Of a stretch of 64,000 bases of DNA, positions 25,028 to 35,764 are shown piece by piece (within the stretch, counting starts at the first letter, position 1; the number at the start of each line of letters is the position of its first letter). The stretch lies in assembly GCA_024679065.1 (NCBI GenBank), contig JAGIQG010000013.1:33108001-33172000 (forward strand), read 5' to 3'. A program made the position numbers and the translations under genes. Source of the DNA: Sphyrna mokarran. Taxonomy: Eukaryota. The notes below the pieces were generated by a model. That model was given only the letters and a program-made list of their open reading frames with translations. It was not told the origin of the DNA and made no database searches.

Positions 25028-26419
25028 CTAACAAAATAAAAAATGTTAATTAACAATGCTTTTCTGAAAGAAGAGACTGTTATACTATCTACCTGCCCAT
25101 TTACAGAGATGAGAACAGTTGCTTTCATTTTTCTCATTTTAATGTATCCAATTTAGGAATGTGGCTAGATGATGGACTTTATTGGCCCTAAGTTGTTTTG
25201 CTTTATGTCTCTGCCTCTGTCAGTGATTTTCAGGTATGAGCAGTTGGGTGGGAGGACAAGGTGTCATGATGCTCCAGGCCATGCTCATGGGGCAGATTTG
25301 ATTCAGCTGCTATTTTTCCTGTTACTTTTCCTCCCATGTTGCACAACAACTCATCCAATCGGCCATTTCCACATATATACATTTACACATCTCAAAGTGA
25401 AAACTTGAAAGTCAACTACATAGAGTGCAGGAAAGCCAAAATAAGAGACACTTTACTCCGCTGTGCTGAGTGCCATGCACACTGAAGTAACACATTATAT
25501 CAATATTTGTACTGCTTATTAAGAGAGCATGGGTCATTGCTAATGTCCTTGGCTCATTGGCAAAAGATTACAAAAGTTAAAAGAAGAAAACAGGCTGCTG
25601 AGATAACTTAATCAACTGCATTTGTTATTTTTACAAATGAGGTGCATCATTTCTTATTTTTCTGTTAGCACTCTGAAAGATTCTTTATATTAAGAGAAAA
25701 TAGTAAACTTCAATTTGTCTCCTTCTTTATTACAAAACATTATAAACGACAATTCATGGATTCTTACATTGTGGATAACTAAAGATTTTTTAATCTGTCA
25801 TTTGTTATTATTTAGTGAAAGGGAGGCATCAGGGACAGAAGAACATGGGGACTGGAGCAATATAACTCTGAATTCAGGACAGGGAGCCAATCTAAATATT
25901 GTACTGTACAGTCTACACAATTGAGGTGTGCATTCACAAACTCTACCTAGATAAAATATCGATTTCTTTTTAAGTGTCATGGTAGTTTCACTTCAACCTC
26001 TTGAGACATTTTCAGCATTTCCCTGCGACTAAGTACTCTTTGGAATAAAGCTGCTCAACTGTAATTTTACATAAGAATTATAGGGTTTCATTATACCTCA
26101 TGAGGTCATGGGTCAAAGCAGTTCTGCTCCTTTGGTTACTGTAAAGTTTTATACCATTTACCTGTATCTGTATCAGGGGAAGCTGAAGCCAAATGATCAA
26201 ATGTGTCTTGCCCTTTCATCTTTTGGCTTGTTGGAAATGGCTTTGATAAACAATCCAGATCAAGCTCCTGTACAAAACAAATTTTTATAATCTAAGCTTT
26301 GTACTTTGTTCAGCTTTGTCACTGGAATTTGCAAATTGGAATGCTATTTTAAGTATATTGAGAATGCATGGAAAATCGAGGAATGCGCCTTCTATTTGAA
26401 GAATTTCCCCATTTTAAAT

Positions 26420-26830
26420 TTTTTCTCCACTCTTAAAGTTACAAAGCCAGAGCTCATAGTGGATTCCTTGATTGTTCCAAAATCAAACTCAAATTCAAAC
26501 TGAATCCAATTCATGGTCCCCACAGGAGAGTCAAACAAGATCCAAACTGACAAAATAAAGGATAAAAGCAAATTACTGGAATCTGAAACCAAAAGAGAAA
26601 ATGCTGGAACATCTCAGCAGGTCTGGCAGCATCTGTAAGGAGAGAAAAAGTCAAAAAAGTAAAAAAAAAAATGACGTTTTGAGAAAGGATCATCTGGACT
26701 CAAAACGACAGTTCTTTTCTCTCCTTATAGATGCTACCAAACATGCTAAGATTATCTTTGGTGACAAGATAAAGAATTGTACCCCATCATGAGCTTGATC
26801 CGATGCTTGATTTTAGCCAAAAGTCCAAAG
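26420..26830 (-). repeat. U2-snRNA-headed interspersed repeat, copy A (interrupted by a Penelope-derived insert at ~26560-26760)
   Basis: 26806-26826 (rc) matches U2 nt 11-31 at 19/21; body homologous to 51841-52020. Confidence 0.7.
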
Positions 26831-27039
26831 GAAAATAATGCCTTTGAAAGTTGAACAGATACATTTTTGGCTGCACTGGGGCACAGTGTATTACTATTAT
26901 TATACTGAATAGTGAGGCTAAAGATGCCCAATATTGTGCCTCCAAATGTGTTTCCATTAACTTGGTGATGCACAAAGAGCAAACTACAAACAAATCATAG
27001 CAATGCTTCTAAATTAATGATTGATTTGGAAATCCGGAT

Positions 27040-27330
27040 AGCTGAAATTGGAAGACAGGCTGAGGCAGGTGCGGACAGAAAGATTAGAGGTCAAGTCATG
27101 TGGAGAGATGAAGTTGGGGTCAGGTCTGGAGGCAAGGTCAGATTGTGAGAGAAGGAAAGAGGTCAGACATAGGATCAGGGTGGAGGGAAGAGGTCAGAAG
27201 TCAAGTCAGGAGGAGAAAAGAGATTGGAAGTTGGGTTAAAAGGAGGAAGAAATTGGTGGTCAGGTCGTGGGTGGAGGGTGGGATTGGAGGTCAGACAGTG
27301 GGAAAGAGAAGTCAGAGGCCAATACTCCCT
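27040..27330. repeat. Purine-rich low-complexity, degenerate short-period repeat (ggtcag motifs)
   Basis: Repeated gaggtcag/ggggtcag units. Confidence 0.5.
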
Positions 27331-27773
27331 TTGGAGAGTTGGGAAACGAGTGGTGGGTTGCTGATTCCCTTTTCTAAATGTGGTGTCAGGAGGAATGCTC
27401 CTGCTCTTCCTAGCTGTATGGCACGTTAGTATATTTCAAAAATTTACCTTGTTGGTTGGTTGTGAACTTCCTGTGACATTTATATCAGGGTGCAGGGACT
27501 TTTGTGTAGCATAAAATTCCACTCAATTTTCCAGTCAAAAGACTTTCATCAAAGCTGGATAAAAATTCAATTTCTTTCTCCACAGATGCTGCCAAACCTG
27601 CTGAGGATTTCTAGCATCTATAGCATTTTATTTTCATATTTGAAAATAAAAGCATATGACTTTTAATTCAATTACCAATTGCACACACATTGCTACAATA
27701 TTAAGCCATTAGCTTTGTTTAGCAAGCTGTGCATATAGGGAATGTGGTTCAGAGATCGATTTAAATGACATAC

Positions 27774-27921
27774 ACTGATTTTTCAACTTGCACTCCCTGT
27801 GACTGCTGTTCTCATCTGGAAATGTAGAGGCATCATTTATGTTCCCCAAACAATCTGCATCTATTAATGTATTATACTTCTCAGAGAAGTCCAATATGTT
27901 GTGAAGCATTTTCAATTGTTT
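27774..27921 (-). CDS. SPAG17: Probable SPAG17 exon (148 nt, phase 0-1): KQLKMLHNILDFSEKYNTLIDADCLGNINDASTFPDENSSHRECKLKNQ
   Basis: gactttag| acceptor (weak pyrimidine tract), T|gtatgt donor; supplies the required phase 0-to-1 switch; sequence conservation is weak. Confidence 0.65.
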
Positions 27922-28104
27922 CTAAAGTCATGATGACTTCCTCTTAAAACATCAATGGTCTTTAGTTTGTTTTGATTTGTTAGGAATTTTGCTGTGTATG
28001 TGGTTTTGTACAAACATTCAACTTGTCCTATTTTGGATCAATAAAAAAAATACACACTTATGTATTTAGTGCTAAAAATTTAAAAAGGAAAAATATAGTA
28101 ATAC

Positions 28105-28207
28105 CTGGCCTGAGTCAATGGCATTGCTCACATCAGAATGAAAGTATGAAGGAACAAGCATGTTCTTCAGAGCTAGTTTGATTTCTTTTGCTTCATCAAG
28201 TTCTTGC
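28105..28207 (-). CDS. SPAG17: SPAG17 exon (103 nt, phase 2-0): RQELDEAKEIKLALKNMLVPSYFHSDVSNAIDSGQ
   Basis: gtactgacag| acceptor, CAG|gtatta donor; resembles the mammalian IKNRIIPPFFKSE segment as recalled. Confidence 0.9.
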
Positions 28208-28479
28208 CTGTCAGTACAAAAATACAGTAATTATGAACTATAATGCATGATCATATCTGATGCCAAATGCACTCACTGACAGTATTAGTTGTACAGCATG
28301 TAAGCTTATCAGTGGTCAGAGTGTGATAATCCTATGTGAAAAACCTTATCTTCTGGAATTCTCTGAAAGTTGTTGCAGTATTTTGACAAAACAATCTTGA
28401 AATTATTTTATAATAATAATTTCTGATAACTAGTAATCCATACACTCATGGAAATAATTTGTTTATTCTTATTTTACAT

Positions 28480-29050
28480 GAAAGCCCACTGATTCCTCTA
28501 CTTTCTCAGGAGACTAAGTGAATTCAGCATGTCCGCTGCAACTCTCACCAATGTTTACAAATGCACCACAGAAAGCAAACTTTCTAGTTGTATCACAGCT
28601 TTGTATCGCTCCTGCTCTGTTGAGGCTGCAAAAAACTACAAAGGGTTGTGAACATAGCCCAGTCCATCACGCAAACCAACCTCCCATACCCATCGACTCT
28701 GTCTATACTGCTGTCTTAGGAAAGCAGCCAGAAAAATTAAGGACCCCAAGCACCCCAGACATACTTCCACCTTCTTCCATAGGGAAAAAGATACAAAAAT
28801 TTGAGGACACATACTAATTGACTAAAGAACATCCTCTTCCCTGTTGCCATCAGACTTTTGAATGGTCCTAGCACATATTAAGTTGATCTTTTTCATTACA
28901 ATATCGGTAACTGCAACACTACAACCTGCACTCTATCCTTTCCTTCTCCCTTATATACTGTGTGACTGGTATGTTTTGTCTGTATAACTCGCAAGAAATA
29001 ATACTTTTCACTGTACCCAATACATATGGCAAAAATAAATTAGTTCAATT
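28480..29050 (+). mobile_element. LINE 3' fragment, Rex1/Babar-like
   Basis: LYFLRRL..F.MS...L..FY.C..ES-type C-terminal peptide, aataaa and a short tandem tail. Confidence 0.65.
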
Positions 29051-31769
29051 CAATTTTCTTTCTTGCTACACATAAACATATTGGAAAACAGGATTAGCAC
29101 TGAATTGAAGCAACATACAGGAATGTAAACAGTGTCTGCCAATAGTCTACAGCTATGGTAGTAATATTGCTAAAAATATCAAATTAATTAGTATTAGTTG
29201 CTTTAGTATTATTTTGTAACTGAAAGAATGTTTGGGAAAATCCAATTTATTAGATTAGGCTGCTTTTTTTTTCCATTGTTTGAACTCCAAATATCTGAAC
29301 CCAAAATCTACACTACAAGTCATTAATCATGGCGAAAAATTACATTTAATAGTCTAGTCAGGATTGAATGTATGTTTTATATCTAATTCAAAAGTGTAAA
29401 TTACTACTTTGATCCTTAATGGTACACAAAATAATAGGGGGGCTCTTACCTAGAGGAATATATGGGGGAACAGTGATCTTGAATTCATTTTATTCATTCA
29501 AGGACGTGAACATTACTGTCACAGTCGGCATTTATTGCCCATCCATAACTTTCCTTGAGTAGACAATGGTGAGCTGCCTTCTTCGAGTGAATGTGCATAT
29601 TTTAACTCAAGAGTCAGAACAAGGCTAAAATGAAATAGTTTGTGATTTCATTCAATCTGGCTCATTTCAAGTCAGTTCTCTTTTCGCATTGCAGTTAGAA
29701 CCATATGGTCATCCAGTAAGGTGATAGCAAATTCATAAATCATAACCTCAGTTTTTCATTGTTCTTAAATTGCCATTACTTAACAAAAACATTTTCATGT
29801 GTTGTTCAGACTGATGGCTTTTGGAAAGATACAAGGTGTGACCTTCCCATCTGTTCACGTCACACACTCACTGCAGCAAGGACAGAGAATTTGGTGATAA
29901 GCCAAAGCTCCACTGCAGTGGAATGAGAAAATTCCACTAGCGTGAATGGTCAGAAAATTCAAAGTTGATTGCACTTGTTTACAGAAATAAGGGTATCTTT
30001 GTGCTGGGAAGGAGGAGATTGAATACAGAAATATTAATTCAGGGATTGGTCATGTCAGTTGGGAGTCAAGTTGTGAGGTGCTTGAATTTGGTCTTAATTA
30101 TGGGTCCTGGCATTTGCTTTAGGATTGATGATTCACTTGTTTTCAGGACCAATGAATTTAACTAGGCTTTTTATAACAGAATATTTGGGTAGGCTGGAAA
30201 AATCTACTATTAAGAATGGGCATATAGCTATGGAATTATTAGCATTCTGGGAGGAATCATAAAAGTCACATTTTTATTGTACTAATGCACTAATCAGAAG
30301 CAATAAATTGGCTGCCTGGCAAACATTAGCTTTCTCAAGGAACAAACCTAGCTTTCTCTTATATTTTCTTTAAGTTAGAAGCCTCCTTATTTTTGAATTT
30401 TATTCCTTATATTTGAATTTTGTTGCTAAGTTTATATTTACCTGTATTGCTCTAATCTTTGTGGCCACTTAGATGTCTGTTTTTTCTTTTTATTGCTGCA
30501 TTAAAGAGATAAGAGTAATCAGGTACAGAATATTGAAATTGTTGATACATTTAAATACAAATTATTCTAGGTTTGCTTTGATTAAAATGTACTTGCCTTT
30601 AACAGAGTATCTATACAATTTATTGTTTCTTAACTTTTTATGGCTAAAAAAATCAAGTGCATGATGCAATAAACACAGCAATATGAATAAATGAATAAAT
30701 TTAAGACTGTAATTAAAGTGCCAGATTTATAATTATAATATATATAGTAGACTGGAAATTTTCATTCGAAGTAGGAGTATGTATTTAGCTTTGTTGGGCA
30801 TGCCATAATATCTTAACATTCTTGATGATACAGCATTATAAAGAAATATAATATGAAATTTGAATACTGTTATCAAATTATTGTCAAAATGTTCACAATT
30901 TTAAGTCTTTCTAGAATAAACATATTAGCTTGGCAATTTACTCAATTGCATCCTCATCTCTACTTTTGATTTCCTAGTCCTCAATATCACCATTATTCTC
31001 CTTCACCCTGGCTGTTACTCCGATACGATCCTCATCTTTGCTCCCCCAAATTCAAGGGATGCAGACTTGAAAGTATAACTGATTCAGCTATCCACCATCT
31101 TGCTGGATCACTTAAAATCCAATTGGATTCTGCTCTCATCTACTAAAACTGCTCACTATTCCAGAATCATTCTGGAATGCAAAGATAATTCCATGTTTAT
31201 TTTCTTAAATCATTTTCCCATCTCCTCAACTCTCTTCAGACATTGTCTCTCTCTTCTCTAATTGTGTTGTATTCACCTCTTGCCCTAAAATATGACCCTT
31301 GGCCCCATCACCTCTGCAAAGTATTGCTTCCATCTCAACATTCTTCTCCTCTCAAAGTTCTTGAACAATGTTGCCTTTGAAATTGGTTCCTGGAGCTCCA
31401 TGTTTGGCTTTTTTCTCTGCTCGCATACCATTAACTCTGGTGTTTCCCTGAGCACCTATCTTTGAGACCAGGATTAAGGTGCCCCTCATGTGTCATGTCC
31501 TGACTGAGGGCTGGGACATTGGAACTTCAATCGGTGAGTCCCCATCCTTAACCACTGGTATCATAGATTTTTTAAGAAGTGGGCAGAAATTCTGCTCCTT
31601 ACAAGATGACCACGAATTCCCAATGCAGGAAGGAATCTAGGTCCCAATCAAATTCTGAATCTTTTTGCCACAGTCTTGCCGAAATTTTGAGGTAAGGCAC
31701 CAGAAGGCTGGAGCAATTTTAAATCTAATTAGTATTGTGGATGATACAACAGCCTTCAACTGCATATTA

Positions 31770-32370
31770 TACACTAGTGGTTCAAGTCCTGTTCCACAGA
31801 TGACAGCACAAAATCTAGGCAGAGGTTCAGGGGATACTGCAGTGTCAGAGGTGTCATCTTTCAGATGAGGTATTAAGCTGAAGCTCTGCCTGTTTTCTAT
31901 GGTGGACGTTAAAAACCCCAATGGCAGTATTTCGAAGAAGAACAGGGAAGTTTTTTATTCGTTCACAGGATGTGGACATCACTGGCTTGGCCAGCATTTA
32001 TTGCCCATCCCAGTTAGCTCTGGTATCCCGACTAATAGTCATCTCTCAATCAACACAAAGACAGAGGGTGAGATTTTCCGGCCATGCTTGTCCCAAGGCT
32101 GGAAATTCATGCCCAAGATTAATGGACCTTTGCATGGTCCACTGAATTTTCTGTCCCGTCCGCTATGATTCCTATGGCAGGCAAGACGTAAAATTCTGTC
32201 CAGAATATCTGGTCATTATCACATTGCTTTACGTAGGAACTTGCTGTATGTAAATTGGCTCTGTGTTTCATACATTACAACAGTTACTAAGTCTTAAAAG
32301 TATTTCATTGGTAAAGCATTTGGGCAATCCTGAGGTTGTAAAATCTGTGATATAAATAAAGCCTTTTTTA
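31770..32370 (+). mobile_element. Deu-domain SINE (SacSINE1/AmnSINE-type) carrying nested insertions
   Basis: gaggtgtcatctttcagatgag, ggtggacgttaaaa..ccca.tggca.tatttcgaagaaga.caggg and tatctggtcattatcacattgc blocks. Confidence 0.8.
32066..32201. mobile_element. 136-bp MITE (Harbinger-type) nested in the SINE
   Basis: Imperfect TIRs gggtgagatttt...aaaattctgtcc; 3-bp TSD AGA. Confidence 0.65.
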
Positions 32371-32614
32371 AAAAATTAAATTCTATTTACACAATTATTA
32401 GGAAAAAGTACTTTCAGTGGTTTGTTTGAATTCTCTTTTGGAACTAACTGCTTGGTAAAGTTGGGCTGCATGCGTAAAGTCTTTTGTTCATTTAGAATGC
32501 TGTTGGCCATTCAAATAACTTCTGTTTTGATGCCAGATAGTAGTTTTTGTAGAATGGAAAATAAAGCAAAAAGTAGAGGAATATCAAAAGTCTGTGAAAG
32601 GTGGAATGCCATAC

Positions 32615-32711
32615 CTTTCTTCGTTTACGTTAATCCATTTGCAGGGAGCTACCTCTGAAGTGATCTTGAAAGTGGATCCCAAAGCATCCTCATAAATTAA
32701 GGCTACATCAA
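32615..32711 (-). CDS. SPAG17: SPAG17 exon (97 nt, phase 1-2): VDVALIYEDALGSTFKITSEVAPCKWINVNEER
   Basis: tttgttacag| acceptor, AG|gtatgg donor; phase-compatible on both sides. Confidence 0.85.
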
Positions 32712-32847
32712 CTGTAACAAATAACAAAAGTAGATGGTCTTTTTTAAAATTATGATAGTATTTCAATAAGGTTTGTTTTTTTATGGCTGACATTGATAAT
32801 TATTTGAAAGTTCCATGCTTTTGACATGTAGAAATTTGGAAACGTAC

Positions 32848-32902
32848 CTTTGTTTGCTTCTTTATCTTCCATTTGACATACTTCATTATCAGGAGTGGAT
32901 TG
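32848..32902 (-). CDS. SPAG17: SPAG17 small exon (55 nt, phase 0-1): QSTPDNEVCQMEDKEANK
   Basis: cattcttaag| acceptor, G|gtacgt donor; needed to keep frame between the 35006 and 32711 exons. Confidence 0.8.
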
Positions 32903-33169
32903 CTTAAGAATGATCATAAAAATTGTGATAGTGTTAGAAGTACAGAGACAAATAGGGTATCCAGTATAAAGACAAAGTAGCTGAATAAAGCATCATATTG
33001 ATCATCCAATAATAATGCACATTTAATAATATTACTACTGCACAAGAGAACTTTTAACAATATTTACTCTCATCTTGTTCTTTAATCTGATATGGACCTC
33101 TGCCTCCCTTTCTTAAAATGGCAGGGCGTCTATGGGTGGCACTCTGGCATTCGCGACTGGAAAGGTCAT

Positions 33170-34030
33170 AAGGTCAGAAGTGGGGATGTTCCCCAATGAT
33201 TCCCCAATATTCAGCACCATTCACGACTCCTTAGATATTAAAGAAGCCCATGTTCAAATTCAACAAGATCTGGATAATATCCAGGCTTGGGTTGACAAAT
33301 GCGAGACAATGACCATCTTCAATAAGGGACATTCTAACAACCGCTCCTTGAAATGCAATGGTGTTACCATTACTGAATCTCCCCTGTCAACATTCTTGGG
33401 TTAACATTGACCAGAAGCCCAACTGGATTCACCACATAAACACAATGACCTATTCTTGTAGGCAGAGGCTAGGAATGCTGTGGTGAGTCCAGACTCCAGA
33501 TGTCTACCATTTACAAGGCACAAGTCAGGAATGTGATGGAATACTCCCCACTTGCTTGGATGGATGCAACTCCAACAACACTCAAGAAGCTTGACACCAT
33601 CCAGGACATAGCAGCTCACTTGACCTACAAACATCCACTTCCTCTGTCACTGACATTCAGAAGCAGCAAAATGTACTATCTATAAGATGCACTGCAGCAA
33701 TTCACCAAAGATCCTTAGATAGTACCTTCCAAACCCAAGATACTTACATCTTGAAGGACAAGTTCAGCAGATATATGAGTACACAATCACCTGCAAGTTC
33801 CCCTCCAAGCTATTCTCCAACTTGACTTGGAAATAGGTCGCCATTCCTTCACAGTCACTGGGTCAAAGTCCTGGAATTTCCTCTCTAATGGTATTGTAAG
33901 TCAACCAATAGCACATGGACTGCAGTGTTTCAAGGAGGCAACTCACCACCACCGTCTCAAGGACAACTACGGACGGGCAATAAATGCTGGCCAACCAGCA
34001 ACGCCCGTGTCCCACAAATGAATAAAAAAG
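33170..34030 (+). mobile_element. LINE 3' fragment (second CR1/L2-group family)
   Basis: QIQQDLDNIQAW, STIYKAQVRNVMEYSPLAW peptides; gggcaataaatgctggcc...aataaaa tail. Confidence 0.85.
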
Positions 34031-34780
34031 AATCCCACTTCAGTTATTTAAATAAACATATCTCTGGGAATTGGGATAGGCTCATTGATGAATGAAATCA
34101 ATAAGCAGAAGTTCTTTCCCATAGCACATTTAAGGGTATAGATGCCTAAACATTTTCAGCTATTCATCCTGAAATTGTTTCTGCCTGAGATGGAGATCAT
34201 CAGGTATAAAAGGTAGGTACTCTGTAATGTAAATCAGAGCAATGTGATCCCATGGAACATTTCTGATCACTCAAAGGGACCAGAGAACAAGTTTTCAGAT
34301 TTTGTTCCCTAACAGGTTTATGTTTTTATCTGCGTTTTTGCCACTCACAATAGGTAGGAATTGTTTGTATTATGATATATAAAGCATCACACTATGTGGA
34401 GCAGGCTGGAATGACCAGTAGGTCCTTTCTTGTCCTTTATTTCCTATGCTTATATATTGTCTCTTAACTCATTTGTTTATTATGGTTATTTAATTACGAA
34501 GTGCAGCCTTTGCTTTTTAGGAGTATTAGTACAAGTGCTCTTTAAATAGTTCTCATTGTAAACAATTTTGTTTATGTTTTTTAACAGTATGTAACAATTT
34601 TTTGTGGTTTTCAGTTAATTAAAATATAATTTAATTTCTGACTTATTATTTTGGTGCCATTGGAGGCAGTATTCTGAATCAGTATCAATTCTGAAATTAG
34701 TTCCCTGATGTGATTCACAATCCTCAGAGTTACATCATAGAGAAATGGTGATTATTAGTCATGGGCTACTTCTCAAAACT

Positions 34781-34910
34781 GATGTGGAGATACTGGAGTT
34801 GGACTGGGGTAAACACAGTAAGAAGTCTCACAACACCAGGTTAAAGTCCGACCAGTTTATTTGATAATAAACCAACGAACTTTCGGGCTTTGCCACTTTG
34901 TCAGGACGTT
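34781..34910 (-). mobile_element. Penelope pLTR fragment
   Basis: Reverse complement of ~1145-1270. Confidence 0.75.
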
Positions 34911-35005
34911 CCTGACGTTGGACTTGAATCCACAACTTTTAGTCCAGAGGCCCTACCACTGTGCCACAAGGCTTCCTAGTGCCAATTATAACAGTAATTT
35001 CTTAC

Positions 35006-35119
35006 CAAAGTCAGTTTGAGCAGATCAGCAGCACGCTCACGTTCTTCTTCATCACGTGGCTCCTTAGGCACCATTTCATTTAATTCTTGTTCCTTTTGCA
35101 GGCTGATTTCTATGTACTT
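35006..35119 (-). CDS. SPAG17: SPAG17 exon (114 nt, phase 0-0): KYIEISLQKEQELNEMVPKEPRDEEERERAADLLKLTL
   Basis: aattgtag| acceptor, TTG|gtaaga donor; R.EEER..AADLLKL motif. Confidence 0.94.
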
Positions 35120-35764
35120 CTACAATTAAATAAATATTAGTTCAAATATCAGAAAATGTAGAGCTTGTCTATGACGCAATGATTCTTGATTTATATGATT
35201 CATTATCTTAAACAGAAAACAAACTTATAAGCTTAAAATCTCTAAGATTCAACTGATCAGACTGATTTTATTTGGTTTTGCTTCTAGGTACACATGTGGA
35301 AGTTAGGTTACAACAATTGTGAAAATTTAAGTTCTATAATTGTCAAAAAAACTGTCAAGTAATGGAAAATCATTATTAGCCAATCACGACCTTCAGTCAA
35401 ATCTTCAGTAAGGCCAACACTGATGTATGCAGGATAAGCAAATATACCTAAAACTTTGTTCCATAAACACTGCATTCCAGGTCAGGACAGCAGGATGAAA
35501 ACAAAGAACAAGTTGCCACAGCTATTACCAAGTAGCAAGATATGGGGACATATTATGCTAATGAAGGATTGGTTTTCTATTGGATAAGAAAGGGCAAAAG
35601 GGCTGTGTTATGATTCGTGGATACGTATGTCAATGAAAGGTGTGAAAAATCTCTTGTTCCGAATTTGCTGTAATTGACTATAATCGCTGAATTGTTTCTC
35701 TGTAACCTCAGAACTGCTCTGGTCATCCAGTGTTGACTGTTGAGAATTCTCCTTGCACACAAGT

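Noticed and set aside
26806-26835. U2 snRNA gene
   Set aside because: Only ~20-30 nt of the 5' end match; no branch-point helix, Sm site or 3' stem-loops follow.
27922-28030. Stronger-looking acceptor (tttttattgatccaaaatag) upstream of the 27921 exon
   Set aside because: All three frames from it contain stops, so it cannot start the coding exon.
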